64,000 nt of DNA from contig CAZUOJ010000005.1 in NCBI GenBank assembly GCA_964622325.1, positions 583-64,582 on the forward strand, in the 5' to 3' direction. Below are positions 1 through 9,811 of this stretch, piece after piece. The notes beneath the pieces are model-generated. The model searched no databases, was not told the DNA's origin, and saw only the letters and a list, made by a program, of their open reading frames with translations. The translations under genes and the position numbers were made by a program. Source of the stretch: an uncultured Armatimonadia bacterium (GTDB lineage Bacteria > Armatimonadota > Zipacnadia > Zipacnadales > UBA11051). The stretch's first letter is position 1. Each line of letters opens with the position of its first letter.

Positions 1-156
1 ATGAACGCCCGCAATGCCTTACGCGCCACAGAGCTGATATTTGCCTGCTGGGAGTCTGTGCGTCGTCGCGGAATCGTGCCCTTGCCGCTGGATATTGAGG
101 ACAATCCTTTGCTGGATATGATTGAGCGCGGCCAGCTCAAGCCCCGTAAGCCCTGA
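1..156 (+). CDS. C-terminal fragment of a probable Gfo/Idh/MocA-family oxidoreductase (truncated by the window edge)
   Basis: Frame 1 reads MNARNALRATELIFACWESVRRRGIVPLPLDIEDNPLLDMIERGQLKPRKP, with TGA at 154-156. This resembles the typical Gfo/Idh/MocA tail (A..ATELIFA.YES.R....V.LPL). Confidence 0.6.
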   Translation: MNARNALRATELIFACWESVRRRGIVPLPLDIEDNPLLDMIERGQLKPRKP

Positions 157-245
157 CAGCGATCCGAAGGCAAAAGGCTAAGAATTGGCGCTGCATTCAG
201 CAGCCGCTCCTGCTCATTGCTTCGCTGAGCTTTCTAATGCTGCTG

Positions 246-1190
246 CTATTGTGTCAATGGAGGAGAAGAGGAGGAATGAGGCAAGGGGGCTATGAGCTCG
301 GCGGAAACGCTACAAGCTCCCTCCTCCAGCTCAAAAGTCGTCTCCGTAATCCCAAAACGTTCCGCCAGCATCTCCCGCAACGCCTGACGCACATGTCGGC
401 GCTGCTCTTCTGTGCGCGCGCTCACAACGACATGGGCATTCAACACAACAACATTAGAACACGGCGCCCACAGACGCACATTGTGCACATCGAGAACATC
501 GGGAATCTGGCGCATTGCTGCCACAATTTCCAGCACATTTAAATGGCGCGGCACGCCTAATAGCAAAAGATGTCCTCCCTCCAGCAAAACGCGTCCGGCG
601 CCGAATAGAATCAGCCCCCCAATCGCCGCCGAAAGCACAGCATCTGCTTGCCGCCATTGTGTTGTCGCCATAATGATAGCGGCCGCTAAAACGCCTATAG
701 ATGCCAGCATATCCCCGAGCACATGCCAATAGGCGCTCCGCACATTTAAATCCTGCTGATGGCTCGCAAGCCGCGTCGCCACAATTCCATTGCCTATTAA
801 GCCCAGGACAGCAATCATGAGCATAATATCCGTTTTGATTTCTGGCGGAGCCCAAAAGCGCTGCCACGCCTCTTGCCAAATCCACAACGCCATGCCCACG
901 AGCAAAAGTCCGTTGGCCAGCGCGGCTAAAATCTCCAGACGATGCAGCCCAAAGGTGCGCGTCTGTGTAGGCATACGACAAGCCATGCGCAGGGCAATCC
1001 AGCTTAACAACAAGGAAAGCAAATCCGCCAGCACATGCGCTGCATCCGATAGCAGTGCCAGGCTGCCGCTCAGCCAGGCCCCCAGCGTTTCCGCGGCCAA
1101 AATGCCCAGCGTCACAAGCACAGCCCAGCCCAGATGACGGGATTTTACGCGATCAGTATGGCAATGAAGAGGAGCTGTTGCGTTAGCCAT
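246..1190 (-). CDS. czcD: Cation diffusion facilitator (CDF) family Zn/Co/Cd exporter
   Basis: GSLALLSDAAHVLAD (TM2 HxxxD) and AYWHVLGD (TM5 HxxxD) motifs, six hydrophobic segments, and C-terminal DVHNVRLW...AHVVV. Confidence 0.9.
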   Translation of the reverse strand: MANATAPLHCHTDRVKSRHLGWAVLVTLGILAAETLGAWLSGSLALLSDAAHVLADLLSLLLSWIALRMACRMPTQTRTFGLHRLEILAALANGLLLVGMALWIWQEAWQRFWAPPEIKTDIMLMIAVLGLIGNGIVATRLASHQQDLNVRSAYWHVLGDMLASIGVLAAAIIMATTQWRQADAVLSAAIGGLILFGAGRVLLEGGHLLLLGVPRHLNVLEIVAAMRQIPDVLDVHNVRLWAPCSNVVVLNAHVVVSARTEEQRRHVRQALREMLAERFGITETTFELEEGACSVSAELIAPLPHSSSSPPLTQ

Positions 1191-1338
1191 CGCTCAAGCC
1201 CAATTTTTCTATTGCACTGAGTGCTGATCTTTGACAGTGTGGGCCCCAGCACATTACGCCTCGGGCAAGCCGTTGGAAAAATGGCAACAAACAGACAGCT
1301 CTTCGAAGCTTGGAGCACAACATCTCTTTTATGTTTTA

Positions 1339-1366
1339 TGTCAACATGGGCGTGATTTTACGCCCA
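1339..1366 (-). promoter_or_regulatory. Possible -35 element with adjacent inverted repeat upstream of the CDF gene
   Basis: TTGACA on the minus strand at 1344-1339, next to the inverted repeat TGGGCGT-gatttt-ACGCCCA (1347-1366). No good -10 at 16-18 bp. Confidence 0.3.
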
Positions 1367-1418
1367 CACAGGGGCTGGCTCTCGCTTAGCGATTAGCCTC
1401 TAGCTGGAAAACTAAGAG

Positions 1419-2012
1419 CTAATAAACAAGTCGCGCGCCCGCTTCGCGGGCTTGTGTCAGCGCTTCCCAATGTTCGCCGATTTCGCCTGCCTGTTCCACT
1501 TTCGGGAAAATCAATTCTATGCGTTCGCCATCCTGCGTCAGCACATCATGAAAATAGCGAATATTGAGCCGCAGGCCTTCTATCTGATCGGCTTTCTGCT
1601 GGCCCGCGACAGAAAGCAAGAGCAAATCCCGCCGCCGATTATCCGCGGCCACAGGCTGCTTCAGGCGATATTTGCGCGCCCAATAGGGCTGACAGCGATC
1701 TATCACCGCTTTTAATTGTGCGGGCACGCCGCCAAAAAATACAGGCGTGGCCACTATAAGCGCGTCCATATTGTCCAGCGCCTCATAAATGGGCCTCATA
1801 TCGTCTTGCAACACGCAGCGTCCTGTGTCATAGCAGCCGCCGCACGCCTGACAGGGACGAATGGACATTTCATTTAAATGAAAAACAACGATTTGGGCGC
1901 CGGCCGCCTCCGCTCCTTGCAAAGCGGCGTGCAAGAGCAGCGCGCTATTGCCCTCTTTGCGGGGACTGGCTTGTAAGCCCACAATTAAGGGCTTCCTATG
2001 TTCAGCACTCAT
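1419..2012 (-). CDS. Flavodoxin-like NAD(P)H-dependent FMN reductase / iron-sulfur flavoprotein family
   Basis: ASPRKEGNS FMN-phosphate loop, CQACGGC...C cluster motif, and ATPVFFGGVPAQLKAVIDR. Confidence 0.88.
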   Translation of the reverse strand: MSAEHRKPLIVGLQASPRKEGNSALLLHAALQGAEAAGAQIVVFHLNEMSIRPCQACGGCYDTGRCVLQDDMRPIYEALDNMDALIVATPVFFGGVPAQLKAVIDRCQPYWARKYRLKQPVAADNRRRDLLLLSVAGQQKADQIEGLRLNIRYFHDVLTQDGERIELIFPKVEQAGEIGEHWEALTQAREAGARLVY

Positions 2013-2126
2013 TTTGTCCTCCTTCTATCTTTTCTTTGGCCTCAAGCTAATTTTTCCCCTCTCCTGGCCGCAAGATAATTATCTGCAAGCCTCTCATCGT
2101 GATGGGGCGAAGGCAGACTCGCTCAG

Positions 2127-5100
2127 CTATTTGGGCAGATGCAATTCCACAGGCACAGGCGCCTTGACTTGATAAATGCCAGGCCCCATGCGTCGTACGC
2201 TCACCGCATAAGGCCACACAATTTCATCGCCGACGCCATAATCATAAATTTCAAACCAGGAATCTTTCGGGAATTGGGCGGCGAGCTTTTCCGCATTGGC
2301 TTCCGGATGTTGTTCGCGATCAATCATCGCCCCGAATTGGCTGCGCATTTCATTGATGCGATATTCAGCCCCGCTTCGCTCATTGACAATCCGGGCGCCC
2401 TCATAATACGCGAAATGCTGCAAAGTAAAGGGCGTATTTGTTTTGACAAGATAATCTGCCGCGCCTGTGACGCGCCCTGTGCCAATGCACGAGTCCATAT
2501 TCAATGTCAGCGCTACGCCCTCCGGCACGGCCCGGGCAGCTGTCACTTTATAGGCAAGGCGGCGCTTATTATTCACAAGAAACACATATTGGCCCACAAT
2601 GGCCTCCACGACGGGCGGGGCAGGCGATACAATAATTGTCTCGTGGGCGCGATCCACTTTAACAATCTTGCCCCGAAATTCCGGCTGCGCGATTTTCACG
2701 CCGAAGGGCCCCTTAAAGATTTCGGTCCCGCCGACAAGGCTGATCGCCGCGGGCTGGCCATTTTCTTCCGCATAGAGGCCAAAGCGTCCCGCAAAGCGAA
2801 GGCCTCCCGGCGCTGTGCGCAGGATTGTCGGATCTGCTGAAGCCATAAGATAATCCGTCCGCCCGGGCAAATGGACAACACAGCCTGCTGGCGCAAAGCC
2901 GCTTTCGTCCTCGCCGCTCAGGGGCAGCTTGGCCGCGTTTTGGATAACGGGCCTGTCGTAATATGTTTCCATCAGCGTGTAGATTTCGCTTTGGGCGCGC
3001 TCGGGGGCTTGCTTGTGCAGCATGATCCATTTCATCTCATAGGGCTTCCCGCCCGCCGGCGATGTCCCATCTGTTATGTTGACTTCCATCTCCGGACACG
3101 AGACAACATGCAGGCGGAATTGCAGCCCCTCGCCTGTAGCCAGCTTCCACTGCGCCGTCCAGCCGCCATCGCTGCGCCCTTTTTCCACATTATAAAGATG
3201 GGGGAAGACAAAATGGAGGCCCCTCCAGCCGTATGTGCCATAGCTGCAGCCGTGGGCTTTGAGCCATTCCGGATCGCCGTAATTCACATCGGGCCCTGCC
3301 AGCGTCCCTGTGGGCTGTTTTGTCAGGCGCAGCCCGTCTGTGCGGAATTCGCCCTCCTGGCAGAAAAACGCCCACCAGTGATCCTTTCCTCCGCAAAGGC
3401 GATAGAAATCCACACAATAAAATTGATCCGCCGAAACATGCACAAGCGCCAGCATCCGCCGCTGCCAGTAATCGGCCGGCTCTTCGGCTTTGACGCCCTC
3501 GTTGTTGTATTCATTATGAGCGCGGGCGCGGGCTTCAAAGACTTGCGCCACGCCGGCATCCGCAAAGAGCTGTGCCTGCGCCACGAGCGGCAAATATGGA
3601 AATTGCCGCGCCACATGATGGCTGCTCCAGGAATATTCCCAATAGCCCCAATTCCGCGGATAGCCCATATGCTGCAAGATCACGCCCTGATGCGCCGCCA
3701 GGCCAATATCCAGAATGTCGTCTTGCGTGTGGCTCCGCGCCCGGCCATACATCATCCACAACGCTCGCTTGTGATCCCCCTGGCCGTCTCGCAAAATGGC
3801 GATGCCATAGCCATCGTGCAAACTGCTCGCGTCATTCCAATTGTCAGGCCATTTGGCGGCTTCTTTTTCGATTTCTTCTCGCGTATAGGGAAAATCAATA
3901 GAAGGGCGCCAGCTCTTTTTCTTGGCCAGCGCCCAGGCAAATTTCGGCTCCTTAAATAGTCTGTACGCATGCTCAAAAGCCGCGTCGCTGGCACTGTGAT
4001 ATGTGATTTTGCTGAGCTTTTCATAGCGCGGCCAGCTGCCCGTGTCGCCAATCAGCGGATATGTGCGATCAATCAACACTGTATCCATACAAAAATCAAA
4101 GATATTCCGATAGCGGCGCGATTTGCTCAGCGAAGGATATTTGTCATCGGGATAGACTTCCGGCCGTAATTGCTTGAGATGTTCAATCGCATCCACAATG
4201 GGGCCTAAGGCTTCGACATGCATGGAATTGTAGCCGCCTGTGGATTCATAGGGCGCGCCGTCGCGGAAATAATCATTGGGGACGAATACGCGCATTTTTC
4301 CGGCCCCATCATAGAGCCAATCGAAAAATTCGTTGCCCCGCTTGTAATTCAAACATTCCGCCATTTTCGCCAAGCCCCATTGATGATGGGGCTCATTGGA
4401 ATTGGTGGCCCCGTCCATTGCCGCCTGCATCCATGTCGCCATTAAATTTTCCTCGATAAAGCGGCGCACATCTTCTCCTGTCTGGACCGGAAAGCCTTTC
4501 TTTTGCAAAAAAGTGATAATCTCCGTGTCCTTATCAATGGCCTCAAAAATCTGATCATAAGCTTCGGCGTGCCGGACCTGATAGGAGGGCTGATCAATGG
4601 AATACACGGTGAGGCCTGTGGCGCCCAAAATAGGCCCTTCATCAAAACGGCCCTGGCCGAAGCGCTCCACTTGCGCCACTGTGTTACGATGCCGATGCTG
4701 CGTCATTGTGGCCAGATAAGCATATTCCACGGCCAGCCGGCATAAAGCCACCAGCGCCTTATGGACATAGCGCAAATCGCCTGTCGCCAGATACGCGCGC
4801 GCACACGCCGGCGCCACAGACAGCATCCGATGACAATACAGCTGACATAGCTCCGCAATGAAGCCATAATGCTTGCCATCGGGAGCCACATAGCCGCCGC
4901 CGATGCCGTCATCCGGATAAGGGCCGCTTGTGAAATCATCCTGGCCAAAATTATTAGAGGGATACAGCTCATGGCCCACAGGACATTCAATCTTCCATTT
5001 ATAGGGATACGAGGCCTCCTTTATCCACGGATAATAAGCTCTTCCCTTGTAAATTTCGGGGCCATGAACAGGGCAGCCGTACTGAATGTTGACCCAGTGC

Positions 5101-5651
5101 CACCGCGGAATTGTAGAATCGGGCTGCATATTCCAGATATCGTCATCAGACATCTGCAGCCATTCTTCAGCGCGGGCGCCGGATTTGCGCGCGGCTTCTA
5201 TTTGCGCTTCTGTCGTCAGCGTCTGTTTCTCTTTCAATTCGGGCAGACGCTCGCCGAGCGGCCAGCGGCGGGGCAACTGGATCCCCTTGAGCGTGCGAAA
5301 CGCACACAAATCCGCAAACGACCATATCGTTAAAGTGACGGTTACAGGGCCTTGGGGATGCGCAAATACGATCTGGACATTTTCGCCGGGCTTCACTGAA
5401 CGAAAATAATAGCGACGCACTTCCGCCTTTGTGGGAAGCGGCGTTTGATCCAGCAGCTTGACTTCCGGCGGCACAGAAACCTCTAATTGAGGCGCCTCGG
5501 GCGGCACTTTAATCGCAATCATAAATAAACGTTCCACGCCCACAACATCTGGAGCATAGGCAATTCTGGGATCCATTTTCGCCTCCTGGGCACATATTAG
5601 CGCGGGCCACGCCACCCCCCATATAAGCCAAAGGAGCCTGAATTTCATCAC
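2127..5651 (-). CDS. Large secreted heparinase II/III-like (polysaccharide lyase-like) protein
   Basis: 1174 aa with an N-terminal signal peptide. An alpha-helical toroid-like middle carries DGAPYESTGGY and NEPHHQW. The heparinase II/III-type motif GRARSHTQDDILDIGL is followed by a beta-rich C-terminus. Confidence 0.7.
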   Translation of the reverse strand: MMKFRLLWLIWGVAWPALICAQEAKMDPRIAYAPDVVGVERLFMIAIKVPPEAPQLEVSVPPEVKLLDQTPLPTKAEVRRYYFRSVKPGENVQIVFAHPQGPVTVTLTIWSFADLCAFRTLKGIQLPRRWPLGERLPELKEKQTLTTEAQIEAARKSGARAEEWLQMSDDDIWNMQPDSTIPRWHWVNIQYGCPVHGPEIYKGRAYYPWIKEASYPYKWKIECPVGHELYPSNNFGQDDFTSGPYPDDGIGGGYVAPDGKHYGFIAELCQLYCHRMLSVAPACARAYLATGDLRYVHKALVALCRLAVEYAYLATMTQHRHRNTVAQVERFGQGRFDEGPILGATGLTVYSIDQPSYQVRHAEAYDQIFEAIDKDTEIITFLQKKGFPVQTGEDVRRFIEENLMATWMQAAMDGATNSNEPHHQWGLAKMAECLNYKRGNEFFDWLYDGAGKMRVFVPNDYFRDGAPYESTGGYNSMHVEALGPIVDAIEHLKQLRPEVYPDDKYPSLSKSRRYRNIFDFCMDTVLIDRTYPLIGDTGSWPRYEKLSKITYHSASDAAFEHAYRLFKEPKFAWALAKKKSWRPSIDFPYTREEIEKEAAKWPDNWNDASSLHDGYGIAILRDGQGDHKRALWMMYGRARSHTQDDILDIGLAAHQGVILQHMGYPRNWGYWEYSWSSHHVARQFPYLPLVAQAQLFADAGVAQVFEARARAHNEYNNEGVKAEEPADYWQRRMLALVHVSADQFYCVDFYRLCGGKDHWWAFFCQEGEFRTDGLRLTKQPTGTLAGPDVNYGDPEWLKAHGCSYGTYGWRGLHFVFPHLYNVEKGRSDGGWTAQWKLATGEGLQFRLHVVSCPEMEVNITDGTSPAGGKPYEMKWIMLHKQAPERAQSEIYTLMETYYDRPVIQNAAKLPLSGEDESGFAPAGCVVHLPGRTDYLMASADPTILRTAPGGLRFAGRFGLYAEENGQPAAISLVGGTEIFKGPFGVKIAQPEFRGKIVKVDRAHETIIVSPAPPVVEAIVGQYVFLVNNKRRLAYKVTAARAVPEGVALTLNMDSCIGTGRVTGAADYLVKTNTPFTLQHFAYYEGARIVNERSGAEYRINEMRSQFGAMIDREQHPEANAEKLAAQFPKDSWFEIYDYGVGDEIVWPYAVSVRRMGPGIYQVKAPVPVELHLPK

Positions 5652-5681
5652 GCCTCATCTCCTTTTAGCAAATAGCTTGTT

Positions 5682-5709
5682 TTGACAATGCCGGCGCGAT
5701 TGTTATTCG
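5682..5709 (+). promoter_or_regulatory. Candidate sigma70 promoter for the rightward CAZyme cluster
   Basis: TTGACA at 5682-5687, then TG-T-TATTCG (extended -10-like, 16-bp spacer) in the divergent intergenic region. Confidence 0.35.
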
Positions 5710-5907
5710 TTTTTCGTCTCTGTTCACAAGCTACTGCTTGTCCCTTCGCCGCCGTGATTTTTTTTCCTGCTTGGCAGGATCTCCCGGAAAAAGGCCTTTT
5801 CCCCGCAAAACGCCGCCACTGAGCCAACTGAGAAAAGGAGAGAAGCCATGCCCAAAAGAAATTTCCTTTGTGTTTTTTCTTCCTCATAAACAAACAGGAG
5901 GCGTGCC

Positions 5908-8900
5908 ATGCGTAAATGGGCTTTTTGGGCTCTTGTGTTCATTTTCAGCAGCGTTGTCCTGGCGGCGCCAACCGCAATAGCTATTCGGCGTCAAGGCGAG
6001 ATACAACTGGACGGCAAATTGGAGGAGCCCGCCTGGCAACAAGCCCCCTGGCACGGCGATTTTGTCTCCGCCAGCGCAGCTGTGGAAGGGCAAAATCCCC
6101 CCGCGGCTGTGCAAACACGCTTTAAAGTGCTTTTTGACGAAGAGGCCTTATATGTGGGCATAGAATGCGATGAGCCGCAGCTGGACAAGATCGTCGCTCG
6201 TTATACGGAACATGATCAGGATGTTTATCAGGATGACTGTGTAGAGATATTCCTCGCTCCCAGCAGCGATGGGCGCTATTATTATCATTTTGTCATTAAT
6301 TCCAAAGGAGCCTATTTTGATGATTTTGGGGCGGATTATGGCCTCGTGCACGCCAAGCTGTGGGAATTCCCCTTGCAAGTGGGCACGGCCCTGGATCCGG
6401 CGGCGCAAAAATGGCGCGTCGAAGCGCGGATTGCTTTTGCAGGGCTGGATATTCGCGAAAGCGCGCCGCCGGAATGGCTTTTTAATGTGACACGGGAGCG
6501 TTATGCTGGCGGCGCCCAGGAGCTGTCCACCTGGAGTCCCTTAAAGGGCAATTTCCATGCCCCGCGCTTGTTTGGCAAGCTGACAGGGCTGAAGGCGGAT
6601 TTTCGGCGTTTTGCCTGGAATATCGCGGCGCCCCAAATCACAATCAGCGGCGACGGCAGCGGACGGCATCAGCTGTCCTTGAAGACAAACATCACGAACA
6701 ACACAGCGCAAAGCCGTCGGATATTGCTCTCCGCTCATCCCTTTTTGCGCCCGGAGGCGGCTGTGCAAAGCGAGCCACAAGATTTAGCGGCGGGCGCCAC
6801 AGCACTTTTTGCGCTGCCTCCTGTTATGCTTGCGGGCAGCCCCCGGCAGGCTGTGATACAATTCAATATCCTGGACGCAGACACGAAGCAGCCCCTCAAA
6901 ATCGCCGTCAAACATCTGGATACAGAATATCGGCCCCTGTCGCTGGACATCATTCAGCCTAATTATCGGCAAAATATTTATGCGACCCAGAATGTGTCTG
7001 AGATTATCTTCCGCGTGACGCTGGCTCCGGATGTGGCAGCCCAGAGCGCGCAGATTCAGTATAGCCTGTTGAATGCCGCCGGGCAGATTATCCGGGAGGG
7101 CAAAGCCGCTAAAGGCCAATGGGGGGCGCCGTTGAAGCTCGAGGCGGCCCGACTCCCTCAGGGCATATATACATTGCGGGCGCGCGCGCTTAATGCCACG
7201 GGGCAAACAATCCACGAAATCGCCACTACAATCCGCAAATTGCCCCCCGCCCAGGGCAGCGAAGTGCGGATAGACGAAAAAGGCAACATCCTGGTCAATG
7301 GCCAGCCCAAGATTTTCATTGGCTGGTACGGCAGCATCCCCACAGAGGATCCCCGGCCGGATGTTGTCGCCCTGCAAAATGTCCAGACGCCCGTTGTGCT
7401 GATAGGCCCGGATCCAAAGCCCGTGCGGGAGGCTTTTGCCCGGGGCGTGTATTCCATTGTGAGCATTGAGCCGGGGCGTCTGTATCATACTTTTAGCTGG
7501 TGGCGCAATCCGCAAATCACTTTACATCAGGAGATTACAAAGCAGGATGCGCCCAGCGAAGAGTTTATCAGCTATCTTAAGCAGCTTGTGGATTGCGTGA
7601 AAAATGAGCCCGGGCTGCTGGGCTATTATCTGGCGGATGAGCCCGAAATCAACAATGCACGTTCCGCCTATCTGGAAGCCATTTATCAGCGTATGCAAGA
7701 GCTGGATCCATATCATCCTGTGTTCATCACGAATGACACTCTGGATGGCATTGTGACACATGGCTATCGGGCCTGTGACATTCTCAATCCTGATCCTTAT
7801 TCGCCCGAGCCGGAATATGTGCCGAATTTCATGAAGCGTTGTCAGGAAGTGCTGCGGCGGGGCCAGACGATTATGATGACGCCCTGGCATTCCAGCGGCC
7901 AGGCGCATTTTATGACGGCCTGGGGCACAGCTCCGCCCTATTCGTATCGGACAATGCGCATGCAATATTTGCAGGCTCTGGCGTATGGCTGCCGCGGCTT
8001 CACCGGCTATACATCGGCATTCTTTATGCCGGAGATTGAGCTGCGTTACGGGCTGCCTCATATCTGGCGCGAAGTGCGGCTGCTGGAGCCGGCCTTAGCC
8101 AATCCTCTGGAAAAGCCCCTGGCGGAAGCGGATGCGGAAATGATTACATGGGCGGGCAGAGGGGGCGCTCATATCTATCTCATCGTGGCGAATCATAAGC
8201 CTGGCACACGCCGCGTCAAGATTTCCTGCCCTGCGCTGGCGCCAGCAAAACAACTTTATGTTGTCAGTGAAGGGCGCATTGTGCCTGTGACAAAAGGCAG
8301 CTTCACGGATCGCTTTGCTCCAGGAGAGGCGCGCATTTACACGACAAATCCCCAGGCGGCTCAATTGCCCACAATGCAGGAGATAGAAAAAGAGCTGGCG
8401 GAACGGAAAGCCGCCAGCGCCAAGCCGGGCAATCTTTTGCATTATGCGCGGGGCATTCGGGCACGGGCTTCCGAAGGATATTATGCTCCGTGGTTCCATC
8501 AATACTATTATTACGCCTGCAATGGCCTCACAGATGATTTGGGCTGGCATCTTTCGCATACAGACAAGCCGGCCTGGCTGGAAATCGCCTTGCCGGAAGC
8601 CAAAAACATTGGCCGTGTTGTCCTGTATACGCCGAATTTGCGGGATTACGACCTCCAATTTCAGGGGCCCGAGGGACGGATTGTAGTGGCGGAAATACGG
8701 GGGAATGCCCGCGAAGTGGCGGAACATCATTTCCAGCCGCCCATTCCCACTTTGAAGTTGCGGCTCACTGCCTTAGCGGTCCGCGGAGGCGAGGGCACTA
8801 AAAACGCCATTGTGCGGGAAATCGAAGCCTATGAGCAGCCCGGGGCGGAGCCACCAACGCCTGTAAAAGCTGTAGAAACAGGCGCGCCTCCTCTTGTGTT

Positions 8901-9762
8901 CACGCCGCCGCCCTCTGAAACACAGGGCGAGCCTGTACTCTGGAAAGAAGCTTTTCAGCCCTTTGAGACAGCGCCGCGCTATTATTGGGATGAAAGAGAT
9001 ACAAAATGGGTGCTGAATGCGGAAAAATTGCTGGCACTGCCGCTGCCCGAAGGGGGGATTGTGCTGGCTTCTCAGGCTCCGGAAGGCTATGCAGGAATGA
9101 CGCATTTTTTCCCCTATAATCCGGAATTTCGTTATTTTCAGGCCAGCCTCCGGGCCATTGAGGGCGAGGGCTATCGCTGGACGAATATAAGCTTAAATGA
9201 CGGCTCGGGCAAACTGCCAGTACGAACGGCTGTCCACACGCGGCTGCCGGGGCTATATACAGTAGATACGCATTATCTGCATGAGCAATTTCGCCAAGGG
9301 ACACTAAAACGGGCGTTTGTGTCTGTGTTTGTGGCAGGCTCGGGACGGAATGAAGATGGCAGTGTGCGACAGGGGCCCCGCTTTACATTTGATTTTTTGC
9401 AGCTAGTCCGCCGTCCCACAAACGGGCTGATTATCACAATGGCGGACGGCTCGCCTGTGCCGCCGGCTTTGAAAGCCGGCGATACATTGCTGTATCGTGT
9501 GTATCTGGAAAAGCCAGCCCAGGATGTTGTCGTGGAGACATTGGGCGGAGCTGGCCATGAGCCCTTGCTTATCAATCGCGAGCCGTCCGTGCAGCTCTGG
9601 CCTGTGGGGGATAAGGACGGCCGGCAGTGGGCGGCGTTAGTGACGCTGGGCCCCGGCACCAGCAAATTCACGCCTCAGGGCTATCCTGTGCTCTTTCGGG
9701 CTGTCATTACAGGCGGCGCTTTGCCCGCATTGTATGTCACAATGGATGTGACATTTGAATAG
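5908..9762 (+). CDS. Secreted multidomain putative glycoside hydrolase: CBM9-like N-terminal domain, TIM-barrel core, discoidin/F5-8-like module
   Basis: Signal peptide. CBM9/DOMON-like motifs (IQLDGKLEEPAWQQA, DEEALYVGIEC, DDCVEIFL). Barrel motifs LLGYYLADEP and DILNPDPY. Discoidin-like WLEIALPEAKNIGRVVLY. Confidence 0.65.
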   Translation: MRKWAFWALVFIFSSVVLAAPTAIAIRRQGEIQLDGKLEEPAWQQAPWHGDFVSASAAVEGQNPPAAVQTRFKVLFDEEALYVGIECDEPQLDKIVARYTEHDQDVYQDDCVEIFLAPSSDGRYYYHFVINSKGAYFDDFGADYGLVHAKLWEFPLQVGTALDPAAQKWRVEARIAFAGLDIRESAPPEWLFNVTRERYAGGAQELSTWSPLKGNFHAPRLFGKLTGLKADFRRFAWNIAAPQITISGDGSGRHQLSLKTNITNNTAQSRRILLSAHPFLRPEAAVQSEPQDLAAGATALFALPPVMLAGSPRQAVIQFNILDADTKQPLKIAVKHLDTEYRPLSLDIIQPNYRQNIYATQNVSEIIFRVTLAPDVAAQSAQIQYSLLNAAGQIIREGKAAKGQWGAPLKLEAARLPQGIYTLRARALNATGQTIHEIATTIRKLPPAQGSEVRIDEKGNILVNGQPKIFIGWYGSIPTEDPRPDVVALQNVQTPVVLIGPDPKPVREAFARGVYSIVSIEPGRLYHTFSWWRNPQITLHQEITKQDAPSEEFISYLKQLVDCVKNEPGLLGYYLADEPEINNARSAYLEAIYQRMQELDPYHPVFITNDTLDGIVTHGYRACDILNPDPYSPEPEYVPNFMKRCQEVLRRGQTIMMTPWHSSGQAHFMTAWGTAPPYSYRTMRMQYLQALAYGCRGFTGYTSAFFMPEIELRYGLPHIWREVRLLEPALANPLEKPLAEADAEMITWAGRGGAHIYLIVANHKPGTRRVKISCPALAPAKQLYVVSEGRIVPVTKGSFTDRFAPGEARIYTTNPQAAQLPTMQEIEKELAERKAASAKPGNLLHYARGIRARASEGYYAPWFHQYYYYACNGLTDDLGWHLSHTDKPAWLEIALPEAKNIGRVVLYTPNLRDYDLQFQGPEGRIVVAEIRGNAREVAEHHFQPPIPTLKLRLTALAVRGGEGTKNAIVREIEAYEQPGAEPPTPVKAVETGAPPLVFTPPPSETQGEPVLWKEAFQPFETAPRYYWDERDTKWVLNAEKLLALPLPEGGIVLASQAPEGYAGMTHFFPYNPEFRYFQASLRAIEGEGYRWTNISLNDGSGKLPVRTAVHTRLPGLYTVDTHYLHEQFRQGTLKRAFVSVFVAGSGRNEDGSVRQGPRFTFDFLQLVRRPTNGLIITMADGSPVPPALKAGDTLLYRVYLEKPAQDVVVETLGGAGHEPLLINREPSVQLWPVGDKDGRQWAALVTLGPGTSKFTPQGYPVLFRAVITGGALPALYVTMDVTFE

Positions 9763-9811
9763 ACTGATTGGATATACAGGATTGTCAGCCCAATTTCCTT
9801 TTAGCTCTTGA

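Noticed and set aside
2871-3959. 362-aa plus-strand ORF (and similar ORFs at 2139-2840 and 4869-5333)
   Set aside because: Antisense shadows of the well-supported 2127-5651 gene, with no recognisable motifs or RBS.
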